A DNA stretch of 61,071 nucleotides, the filler included, from Diploschistes diacapsis (lineage: Eukaryota): NCBI GenBank assembly GCA_023645945.1. It is 8 parts of 8 records of this genome, joined end to end, with 100 filler letters (N's around TTAATTAATTAA, not from the genome) between each part and the next. Parts side by side here need not be neighbours in the genome. Positions count along the whole stretch, not along the records: positions 1 to 7,586 come from JALAIB010001270.1; positions 7,687 to 15,271 come from JALAIB010001271.1; 6 more parts are not named here. One strand, given 5' to 3'. Numbering within the stretch: position 1 is the first letter of the stretch; each line of letters starts with the position of its first letter. Shown in pieces: positions 1 through 10,382 of this stretch. The position numbers and the translations under genes were made by a program. Under the pieces are notes generated by a model. That model saw nothing but the letters and a program-made list of their open reading frames with translations. It searched no databases and was not told the origin of the DNA.

Positions 1-251
1 GCTTGGGGGATAGACTAGGATAGAGTATGCTGAGAGATGGGGATTTGAGAGGGGACGCTGGAAGGGGCTTTGGGGGAAAGTTTGGAGCCGCATATGCTTT
101 TTCCCCCTATTTTCGAATTCGAACAGAAATTCGAGAGCTTCGTGGACGAATTCTCCTATCTGGGAAGACATAAGGAAAGCGAGCTCATTCGCGTGCAAGG
201 TGGCTCAAATACAGACGATGAAACCGCTGGAGCAATCGAGACCATCCTTAC

Positions 252-367
252 CTCGTCAGCGAAGCCTTCTGCAGGTCCTTGACCTTGCCCATGGCCTCCT
301 TGAGCGGTAGTTTGGCATCCTGCGTCAAGAAGCGGAGCAAGTCCTGGAGTTCCGCCTTGGTCGTCAT
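252..367 (-). CDS. First exon of a conserved fungal hypothetical protein; gene runs off the contig start
   Basis: ATG at 367 reads MTTKAELQDLLRFLTQDAKLPLKEAMGKVKDLQKASLT, followed by a GTAAGG donor at 251; downstream exons are not identifiable in the contig. Confidence 0.55.
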
Positions 368-767
368 GGCGTTTATCTTGAATCGTTTATTCCACTTTCT
401 GCATGGAGCCTTTCACTTCTGGCCCGTTGGCTTGCATCGGTCACCTTCTATGTAGTTTTTTACCGAAATGATTCGACAGCGTTGAAGGGCGGTCGCTCTC
501 CAAAACCAAAGTGCTCGTTCTTGCAGCTGCACTACGCTCTTATAGAGCCGTGAAAGCCTGGACGGGGGAGAGCCCTTCTTCCCCACAGACGCGCAAGACT
601 AGACTGGGTATCTATCCTGGCTATCAAGTCAAGGTTTGAGCTCCTGGGGGCTTTAAGGCTGGATGAAGATGGATTTCTCCGCAGATGCGATTTCGGATTC
701 ACATATAGATGATCCAGGCAATTTTCTTCTCATTTTTCTACATACACCGCCAAATCTGTAAGGTAAG

Positions 768-1290
768 ATGGTTTCTCCCTTTTCGTACCTTCCTGTCTCT
801 CTAGCCGTGGCCAGGGTGCCGTACGCCTTGTCACCTAGAGCACCTTTTGCCCCCCGGAGTTCAGGGTCCCCTCAGCCGTCTTGCATGCCAGGTCGGCTTT
901 AATGGCACATACGGCACGATTCAGTCCGCCGTCGCTAGGCTACCAAACACCCATGGAACCAGCATCTATATTGATCCTGTCCGGCAACTACACGGAGCAA
1001 GTCAATGCAAATCGCTCTGGGCCAGTCTGCCTGCTCGGCCAGACCAGCAACGCCGTCAACGTCATCTGGGCCGCAGTGGCAGGCACGGGCGACAATGCCT
1101 ATACCCCAACCTCGACCGTTGCGCCCAATCTCAACGCCGATACAAACACGACATTTACAAGCAAGTATGGAGCATACATTACCGACAGCTATATCCACAA
1201 GGCGAACAGCCGCCTCAGCATGGAAGGCAAGTGTGCTCTGGGCAGGCCAATATGAGCATCTGCTGTGCTTACCTCGATGGAGCATTTTGG
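768..1290 (+). pseudogene. Pectin methylesterase (CE8) pseudogene
   Basis: CE8-like blocks lie in different frames: YGTIQSAVARLPN; ILILSGNYTEQVN..RSGPVCLLGQT; VNVIWAAVAGTGDNAYT..TVAPNLNA joined directly to TNTTFTSKYGAYITDSYIHKANSRLSMEGKCALGRP. At least 2 frameshifts, a stop at 1253-1255, and the central catalytic region is missing. Confidence 0.75.
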
Positions 1291-2144
1291 AAACACATAG
1301 GGGAAGAAATATTAGGTGTACTATCTATCGTCACATGACTTCTGGTCTTCGCTCCTTTTCTTGTTCTTGGGATTGTAATTGTTGCCGCCAGCCAGCAACC
1401 ATAAGAAAAACACCCCTTGTCTCACAGAGTTACACACTCAGCATAACTCGTTATCTGTTCGTACTCGGTCCAACCCAGTGGTCTCGCACACACCAAATCC
1501 AAAATAAAAAATGTTGCTGTCATAGATGCACATTTAATTTCTGAACGTGCTAGCTAGGTTTTAAGTGGGGCCGGGGGAGCTCTGTTGCTCTTGGCTGTCT
1601 TGTCTATCTATCTTTCGAGCCTTTGACTGTTCGAGTTACGTTACGGAGGAGGGGAGCAGCTTGGAACAATATTAGTACGAATAACTCACTCGGTATGCCA
1701 TCCATTTTGGCTTAGTGGCCACTAATTAGTCTTAGCGTCAGTCAGATACAGCCAATTAGCTCCTTACAAATTGCTGCTAAAAGTCTCATTCTAATCTAGC
1801 CTCCTTCCTGGTGACAGCGCTAATCCTCGTGGGGGAAATTATCGTGGGTGAAGTGAAGATACAGACTACAAGAGCATAAAGCTGCCCGGGCAACCCTTCT
1901 GCCGCTGGTCTAAACTAACTAACTAACTCCTGCACAAAAAAACTACAACTTCAAATTCTTGGCCCTTCTTTCTCTTCTACTCCTATCTACACATTTTGAG
2001 CTCTACACATCTCAATCAAACAAACATCATAATTCTCTAGTCGGCTTCGTCCAGCTTCCTCGTCACTTGCAAGCCTCAATCGTAGTCTTTGACACTTCTT
2101 TTTTTCCCCGCATCTCTCTCCGTTTCATTCCCTTCACTTCCATT

Positions 2145-2854
2145 ATGCTTTCTTCCACCATCCTCTACAGCACATTGCTCGCGGCTGTAGCCCTTGCTCA
2201 AACACCTAATGCCTCCTTCAACCAGACCGTTGTTCAGCAGATCATTGGCGAAATTACCGCCACCGAGCGCAGTAAGTCCGCCAACTGGCTGAACAACGCC
2301 AAATTTGTTAATCCAACGCTTCTTTAGGCAGCTGGTGTACCGCTCAATTCTCTTCATGCGGCAGTCTCTGCGGCGGTAACCCAAGCAGCAACCAATGCGA
2401 CTCGGTATGTTCTCCCATTTTGGCTCCGTCCGAAAAACCCGAATTTACTAACACATCTCAGACATCCCTGAACTACACCTGCACCTGCGCCTCCAACAAC
2501 AGTGCTCCGGCCTTGCAATACTACCAGCCCACTATGCTCAGCTTCATCTGCAACCGGTATCTTGGCGACTGCCTGAAGAATACTGCCATGTCCCAGAGCG
2601 AGCAGGCCAACTGCAAGGCAACCATTGTCTGCGGTAACTCTAGTGCCAATTCCGTTGCCAGTGCCGCTCCCTCTTCGGCGACGCCCTCTGCCACCGCTTC
2701 TTCCACCGCTTCCGGCTCGGCAAGCAAGACCAGCGCCGCAAGCCCCAGCGCCACTCAATCCAAGTCCGCTGGTGATTCGGTCAAGATAAGCCAGGAGATG
2801 ACCACCGGTATCTTCGGGGCCGCGCTGTTTGCCGTCCTTGGCATGGCCCTATAG
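2145..2854 (+). CDS. Small secreted Cys-rich, Ser/Thr/Ala-rich, probably GPI-anchored cell-surface protein (3 exons)
   Basis: Signal peptide MLSSTILYSTLLAAVALA; introns ~2272-2328 (GTAAGT..TAG) and ~2405-2461 (GTATGT..CAG); Cys-rich domain WCTAQFSSCGSLCGG..YTCTC..ICNRYLGDC..NCKATIVCG; S/T/A stalk; hydrophobic C-terminus GIFGAALFAVLGMAL. Confidence 0.8.
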
Positions 2855-3933
2855 GCCAATTGACTGAGAGAATGTACGAGGGACAAGAGGTGGAGCTCGA
2901 AAAGCATATCGTCACAAAGGTTTCCGAGATAGCGCATGACGCACAACGTCGGGCTATGACAGCGAGAGCGTTGGTGGTTCTTACTTGTTTACGTTTAGGC
3001 ATTACTTGCGCACATGAGGTTCCACGATTCTGATATCCTTCTCCTTCCCTTCTCTGTATGCACTAGGCGATACTTATGAGCTTGCTTGAGCAGGAGAGGT
3101 CTTAATGATTCGGAGACAGGCGAGAGAGATAAGGTCGAACTAATAGGCAAGAGGGGAAGAGAGGGGGACTTTTTACCCGCAGTTTACAGCAACCGGTCCA
3201 AGTCCGCGAGAGCTTTTGCACGGCTTCGAAGCGCTTGTAATTCAATCTAATTTTGAAAATCTATAATGTTGCCTTTTCGTACATGGCTCATGCTGCTGAA
3301 TCAATTCCTTATCTATATGTGCATGTTACCTGTACTCCCTACTTCCCGTCGCGCTTCAACCTCCCATTATCCTGCTGGCCCCCCCACCTCCCTCCATTTT
3401 ACCAGCTGCACCATGCACAGTGTACAGGACCTTGCTTCGCGCAGCAACAAACCTTCCTCCCCTGCCCAGTCCTTCAGGAAGGACTTCCTCGTCAACTAGC
3501 TAGCCTTCACCCTCCCCCTCTCCCTCTCCCCTTTTGGAAGCACAGAAGCAAGTGGAACAGGCAGCGAGGACGACGAGACGAAGACGTAGAAAGAGGATAG
3601 ATATATCTAATCTGCAATATCGCGAGGCGGGCCCGGCGTTGCTCCCTGGCACCCTTGTCTCTCTGTATAGACACACATCATACTGAACAACTGTGCTGTA
3701 TAAAACGTGAAAGAAGCCATCATACATAGTGTTTGTTACAAACAACACAAAACATGAAAAAAGCCCGCGTGGATGCCCCACCCCCGTGGGTATGTATATG
3801 CCCCATGCCATGCAATGTTTTTTTCCCTGCCGCCGTTTCGAACCATTTCGTTCCGTAATACAACACAATAAAAAAAAAAAAAAAACCATAACATGGCATA
3901 CCATCAATCGAATCAATCAATCAGATCATCCGA

Positions 3934-5331
3934 TCAAAACTCAAACTCCTCCTCGGCGTCACGCACATACAACTCCTCCTCGAACTCTGCCTCCGCATCC
4001 CTCTTGGCCGGCGGCATCGTCTGCTGCAGATTCGCCGCCATCTGGTCAAGCTGCTGCGTCGTCTGCAGGGGCCTGCCCGCGTTCGGGTTCGGGCCCGTGC
4101 TCTCCTGCTGCTGGCCCCCGCTTCCATCTGCGTCGCCACCGCCGACCTGGCCCGCCTGGCTCGGCAGGTTCCCGGCGGAGCTTCCGCCCTTCTTGTTCCT
4201 GCCGTGCTTGCTGCCCGCGGCCCCGGGGCCGCTGTGCTCGGCGCTGTGCTCGGCTTGGCGCTCCGCCTTACCGGCTCCTTTCTTGGCGCCGGTGGAGAAG
4301 AGGCTCTTGACGGAGGAAAGGCCGAGCGGGTCGGCTTCGGCGAGGCGCGCGTAGAGGGTGGAAAGTATGTCGTCGCCGCTGGAGAAGACTTCTGGGTCGG
4401 CTTCGGCCTCTGCATCCGCTTCTGCTTCGGCTTCGGCTTCGGCTTCGGCCAGTGCCTCTGCTTCAGCTTCCGCCTCAGCTTCCGCCTCAGCTTCCGCCTC
4501 CGCCTCTGCCTCGGCGTCAGCCTCGGCGGCACGGGCATAGATCATATCGAGCAGCTCCTCGTCGTCCATGTAGGCAAATGGCATAGCGTCCCGCCTGAAG
4601 AGCTGCTCGAGCTGGCTGGCAGTGTTTGCAATGTCCCCAATCGTGTTCGCGGCATTGGAGATTTGGCTTCCCTTGATCTTGCCGGCCGCCTTGGCGCCTT
4701 TCTTGACCGCTGAGCCTACCCTGGAAGACGTGGACTTGCCGCCGCTGCTGCCGCTACTGCTGCCCCTACCACTACCACTGCTTCCGCTACCGCTCTTGCC
4801 CTTGGCCTCGCGCACGTACAGGCCGTAGAAGTCGTCGTCGTCGTAGAACGCACCTTGGGCCTCGGCCGAGCGCCTGGCGTTCTGCTGGATTTGCTGAAGG
4901 TTCTGCACGGTTTCCAGACCCTGGTTAATGTGGTCGAGACTGGGAAGGTATTTGCCGGCCTTGCTACCAGCGTTGGTGACGGCCCCAATCCGTGCTTTCA
5001 TGGGCTGGCGGACGTATAGACTAGAGAAATCGTCTTCGTCGTCAAAAGCATAAGCAGAGCGCTTCATGTTTTGCTGGATCTGTTGGAGGTTCTGCACTGT
5101 CTCCAGACCTTGGTTAATGTTGTCGAGACTGGGAAGGTGTTTGCCGGCCTTTCTACCAGCGTTGGTGACGGTCCCTATTCGCGTTTTCATGGGCTGGCGG
5201 GCATAGAGGAATTCAGTGTCGTGGTCGGCTTCACGGGCAGCAAGGTCGTTGTAGTAGGAGTCCTGGTAGGCGGAGGCGACAGTGGCAACGGCGCCGAGGG
5301 TGGCCGCGGCCGAGACAGCGTTCATATGCAT
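3934..5331 (-). CDS. Secreted Kex2-processed repeat protein (KEP-like multi-peptide precursor), 465 aa, intronless
   Basis: Signal peptide (aa ~1-21); repeated [LI]Y[AV]R and KR/RR sites, each followed by X-Ala/X-Pro dipeptides; two near-identical 42-aa cores; acidic spacers; long (EA)n tract. Confidence 0.85.
   Translation of the reverse strand: MHMNAVSAAATLGAVATVASAYQDSYYNDLAAREADHDTEFLYARQPMKTRIGTVTNAGRKAGKHLPSLDNINQGLETVQNLQQIQQNMKRSAYAFDDEDDFSSLYVRQPMKARIGAVTNAGSKAGKYLPSLDHINQGLETVQNLQQIQQNARRSAEAQGAFYDDDDFYGLYVREAKGKSGSGSSGSGRGSSSGSSGGKSTSSRVGSAVKKGAKAAGKIKGSQISNAANTIGDIANTASQLEQLFRRDAMPFAYMDDEELLDMIYARAAEADAEAEAEAEAEAEAEAEAEAEALAEAEAEAEAEADAEAEADPEVFSSGDDILSTLYARLAEADPLGLSSVKSLFSTGAKKGAGKAERQAEHSAEHSGPGAAGSKHGRNKKGGSSAGNLPSQAGQVGGGDADGSGGQQQESTGPNPNAGRPLQTTQQLDQMAANLQQTMPPAKRDAEAEFEEELYVRDAEEEFEF
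4393..4530 (-). repeat. Coding hexanucleotide repeat encoding an (E/D-A)n tract
   Basis: Degenerate 6-bp repeat (gcttcg/gcctca on + strand) encoding aa 268-313 of the KEP precursor. Confidence 0.9.
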
Positions 5332-7586
5332 GTTGGTTGCTGTAAGTAGGATGCGGAATGATGAAAGGATGTTTAAAAAAAGACGGAGTCCAGCGCGATG
5401 ATAGGAAAAAAGTCAAGAGAAAAGACGAGTATAAGTAAGCAAAGTCCTGAGAGATAGCGAAAAGAAATACAAGTACTGAAGATGTCTGGAGAATAGCAAT
5501 GCGACTTGGGAGGAGCACGCAGATGTATATAACCTACCACAATAGGAGGCCTCACAGGCTCGGATTCCAGCTCAGGATGTGCCATGCTGGCCTACTGAAA
5601 CTGCAACACCATGCACTACTGCTGTGGCCCCCATTCCTCCGGTCGCCTTACTCCATACCGAGCGTGTGGTGACAGGCTCTTGGCCAACATGCTACAGTTA
5701 CGAATGTAGAAATCATATTCCGGGTATTAGGTGTGATCTGCGTCAGTTCCTGAAGCTTCAGCACACGGCTGACTGCGATTCATGACGCCGCGAAGGCTGT
5801 GCTCCCTTTACCCCTGTTGGTTGTAACCACCAGCTATTGCACCAACCAGAAGGTCTTTCCCGTGATAAGGATAGCCAGTTGTGCTTTGGCTCAGCTGAGT
5901 TGAGTGATGTCTATAATTCGACATAACAGGGCTGTGAAGTCTTGCGTGTATGTGTCCGTGTCTTTGCGAAAGAGTTGAAGTAAGCACTAACGTCTGTTCA
6001 AGGGCAGACTTTGTAGATGGGCATGTTTGCGCAATCAGGTATGGGTTTTTAGTACTGTAAACCTAACAACAGCACGATCGCAGGCTCAGTTCCTGCAGCC
6101 ATTGTTGCTTTGAGCGACTTGACAAAAAAAGCATGGAAAACTTCTGGTGCTGCACCCAGCAAATTCGCAGACATTGCAGTCAGTCAAGGAACCCTGCTAT
6201 GGGGGCGTGGGAGCGTCGGGCAGCAGCGTTGGGCAGGATCAATCGAAAAATTATTTTGGCATGTCCCAGAATCATGTAGATAACACGTTGGAGAATATGA
6301 AGGGATCCTCTAAACACAGACACTGCTTGTTCTGCGAGAAAGGTGTTGTAGACTTGTGTAAGGCTCAGTCAGGGCTAATCCGGCCGGCACCCTTGGGCCT
6401 TCAATAATAATCCAATCCACCTCTCTCTATCTCTCGGCTTTTCTTAAACACCCAACATCGTCCGCCGCTTCCTTCACCAGCCAGACCATTCCTACACGAA
6501 GTTCCTCTGTACTGCCTACAATGTCGGATCAACTGCGGCCCACTGTTTGAGAGCACTTGAGAATGTGACTGTGCTTGTTGGCTTGGCCGATCCGGCTTCA
6601 GTTTGTTCCTTCTCGTTCATCCCTTGCAAATTTGCATGGGCTCTGTGTAACCTCCAGCCAAGGACTGAGCGTAGCACAACCGTGCCACGGCAACAAGAGA
6701 TTATTGAATTGTGCAAACAGCCGAAGGGTGGGAAGGAGGCTTTTATTCGGTACTTTGGAGTTTGGCCAAGCCTTCAAGGGCCATTGGGATTGTAACATCG
6801 CGCTGGCAGTGTCGAGGTTGCAGTTTAAATGATCCCCAGAAATGGATGCAATGGAAGAAGCCGCCAATAAGTTGCTACGCTCCAACAGAAGAAAGATTAT
6901 TCATAAACGTCAACCTTCCTTGTGGATGCATCCATAAAGCCACATAAAAGACCATGGGGGATTACATAGCTTTCGATCGCAATCAGGCTGGTTTCCATTG
7001 TCCACGTTGAGAACCATTCTGCAGTCTGACTTTCCTGAATATCTTCCACTTGACAGGCTCTTCATGAAGTTTGAAAGGCGTCGTAGGCACGACAAGAAGT
7101 TGCGATCCGTGAGTCTAGCATTTCTTAATTATATAGGCTGGTACGGGATTCAACGTTCTTGCTCTGGCCATGCTTTTTGCCCCGAGATGGAGGTTTTCGC
7201 AAGCCACGACGAGAAGAAACCATATTTCGTTAGATCCAAAAACCTACTATAAGTGATATATGCCACACCAAGGGGAGTCGAATAATAAGAGTCAGATCCC
7301 GAAATGCATGTGTCCGTGGGGCATCGGTATGGTCGAGCTTGGAGGAGAATGCTATGTTAATAATAGGGTTAGTTGCACGAATGGTAGAATGGCAAAATAG
7401 TGAAGTATGCATATACAGTACTATGCCAAAAGTAATGGACCCTCTCCCAAATTACACCAAAATGCGTCTATTTCATAGAGCTATTATACCACCCATAAGC
7501 CTTTTAAAAATCTAAAAAAATATTCAAGCTTTCTATAATAAGATGAATATTTATTCTACTGTTTTTTTTGGAAAATATTAAAGCTA

Positions 7587-7686
7587 NNNNNNNNNNNNNN
7601 NNNNNNNNNNNNNNNNNNNNNNNNNNNNNNTTAATTAATTAANNNNNNNNNNNNNNNNNNNNNNNNNNNNNNNNNNNNNNNNNNNN
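7587..7686. other. Artificial contig linker
   Basis: N44-TTAATTAATTAA-N44 (six-frame stop spacer). Confidence 0.98.
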
Positions 7687-8399
7687 CGGAGGCGGAGGCG
7701 GAGGTGGAGGTGGGAAGAGGAGAGGGACTATTGCTGGTGGTGGTTGTGGCGGTGGGGGAGGGGGCGAAAAGGCGCGGCGGATATGGGTTAGTTACCACGA
7801 GGGATTCTCGAATGCGGTGCGGAAGCCGATTGGGTTGAGGGAGTTGATGGATGGGTTTTGAGCTCCGAGCACGTAAGTTTTCTGCAATGCGCAAACTGGA
7901 ATACATTCGACCGTATTTGAAACGTCGTGAATACATTTCCGTACGCAATTAGGCGTGGATTATGTAGTTATTACTGGGTATGCTCCACGTCCCCAATGCC
8001 ATCTGAAGCTCTCACGAGCTGCTTGCAGTACTCCAGCTCCTTGAGCAGTGCGGTCGGATCTATAATACAGTGAAGAGTTCCCTTTTTATACCGAAACCAT
8101 TGCGCCGTTTCACACTAGAGTTTCTGGCCGATAATGCCGCCCCCTTTCCTCCCGGACGCCGCGCCTCGAAATCGTAGATTCCGCCCCTTCGGAGCTGTTT
8201 TCCAACCGGTATCATTGATGCCAAGCCTTGCCGTGGGCTCGGAGGTGCGCTGGAGCGGTCTCCAACTTTCTTCACTACTGGTCAGTAGTGACGCCAACAA
8301 TCGCTTCCTGAATGTTAGGACTTGCTGAGTTGACTGAGTGAGTGGTGGTTCGTAGAATTAGACAATCCGTAATCCCGCTCATTGCGAGAACAGCTTCGC

Positions 8400-10382
8400 T
8401 CACTCCTTCTCGCTCTCCGAGTCACTGTCGGCCTCGCTCGGCCTCGGCGAGGTATCAATAACGCTGGAGGGCGTCGAGTCGGTCACCCGTCTCACATACC
8501 GCACCCCATCCGTGACAAAAACCTCCTCCTCCTCCTCCTCGTATGGCGGCGGCGGAGTCTTGTTGCTGCTCGCGCTACCTGACCATCTTCGCTGGTGGCG
8601 GCTTGTCCTTTCATTTCTACCGTAACGCCCTTCTTCGGCCCTCACCATCCCATCGACGAGTCTATGGGCTTGTCGAAGCTCCGAGATACCCTCCCATAGG
8701 CCAGAGGTGTGGGTCAGGATGGTTCCACTCTCCGTGGAAACCTGCTTCTCGTGCCACACCGCCCAATCGATACCGTTACGGTGGTTAGGCGAAGGTACTG
8801 CCTCCGCGCTGGTAAGCTTTTCTTGTTCCTCTTTCACGCGGAAAGTTGTGAAGCCTCTGACGCGGTTCCACATTGACTCCCATCTGTATCGACAGGCGGC
8901 CCTGCGGAACAGACGCTTGTTGCGACGCTCTTCACATTGGGCAGCGAGTTCGGCGCGCAGACGAGGGTTGCGCCGCACAATGACGAACATAGCACAGATC
9001 AACGTAGCAAGTATTATAATCAGAGCTGTGATCTGGAAGGCCTTCACGGCCTGCTGGGTGGTCACGTGACGAAAATCCGAGGTCGAAGCGGAGACTGCCA
9101 GATCCGGCAGCTCAGGGCCCAAAGAAGCGGTCGGAATCGTTGCTCGAGCAGTATTGGAAGGCGTAGAAGAGAGAATCTTGGGGCTGTCCTGCTCTTTTAT
9201 ACTTTGCGGGGCTTCATCCTCGTAGCAGTGGCGTAAGCTGTGGAGGCTAGCTGCCAGCAACTGAGCTGCACCCTGTGCCTTACTGCCTAACGAAGACAAA
9301 GTGTGCTGGAGGGCTGAGATGGTATCAGACGCGGTGAGGGGGTGTTGCCAGCTTTGCTGCGCTTGCGTTTCGATCAAGGGCACGAAAGGAGCCGGTCGAG
9401 CTGTCGGTCCGGACTGCTGTGGCACTGAAGGTGTTGATGTAACATGTACTGCGGCGGGTGGTGAGGGAAGTCTAGTCACGTGGACCACGGGACTTGTAGC
9501 CCAAGTGTACTCCGGAGTGGACTCCGGAGTGGACGCCGAAGTAGTCAATGATGGAGAAACAGAAGAGAAGCTCGAAATGAGAGTGGAAGTGGGCACGGCA
9601 CCCCTTTGTAGGTCCAGAAGCGGGGTTCTCCAATGCGAAGAGCTTCCAACGAAGAATTCCATGGGCGATTCCGGAAAGTCGCTGATCCTGACTGACCCTG
9701 CCCTGCCGCTCCGCCCATAAGACAAGGTGAAGCCAGCAGGAAAACCCTGCAAATCAAGTATCTCCAGAACGAAGATCGATTCGATTCTATCCATGCACTC
9801 GTCTTCCGTCCTGGCGGAACGACAAGCGCAGAAACTATACCATCGAACATGCTTCAGAATGGAACTTTCGTCGTCCGGGCTTGACAATGACCCTTCGGAG
9901 GCCGGATAGAGTTCCAATGATTTGCTCGGCTCAAGATGCTGGCCATTGACGGTCAACCCAGCGGGCTCTTTGGGGTTACAGGATCCAGCATTCGAGGGAA
10001 TCGCAATCGAGATAATCTGGTGCTGTGAGATGGTTGATCAAAGCGTTGCATAGTTAATGTACCTCATTGGCAAGACGCTGCTTCTCCTTGTCTGGACAGT
10101 CTCGACACGTGAGCTGGAGTTTGAGGACATTGTCGGCAAGATCTAACACGTGTATCAATCAGCAAGAGGAGCAACGCGGAGTAGTGAGAAATGCATACTG
10201 TAGTCGACAACCTTGGGAACCCTATCATTTGGTAGATTGTCGGGTTCCCGTCGTGATACCTTCGACTCCAATGCTGTATTTTCGACTACGTTCCTGGGTA
10301 AAGCTAAACAACGAGCGAGCTGTGGGCATAAAAGACAGACAAGCAACAGCAATAGAGCTGCTGCCTTTGGACACAATCCCAT
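8400..10382 (-). CDS. Type I single-pass membrane protein, fungal hypothetical (3 exons)
   Basis: Signal-peptide exon MGLCPKAAALLLLLVCLLCPQLARC from 10382; introns ~10143-10198 and ~10017-10062 join it to the 518-aa ORF; S/T/P-rich ectodomain; TM segment ALIIILATLICAMFVIV followed by basic RRNPRLRAELAA; PPPPY motif in the tail. Confidence 0.7.

Noticed and set aside
4358..4540. Plus-strand (SA)n ORF and other overlapping ORFs at 3729-5349
   Set aside because: Antisense or alternate-frame shadows of the GC-rich, repetitive KEP gene
3934..5331. Alpha-factor-like mating pheromone precursor or dikaritin (ustiloxin-type) RiPP precursor
   Set aside because: The cores are 42-107 aa rather than ~10-13 aa, have no WC..GQPC-type motif, and no DUF3328/tyrosinase genes are visible on the contig
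6147..7260. Short ORFs that might be a degraded gene
   Set aside because: No recognisable motif or consistent splice structure
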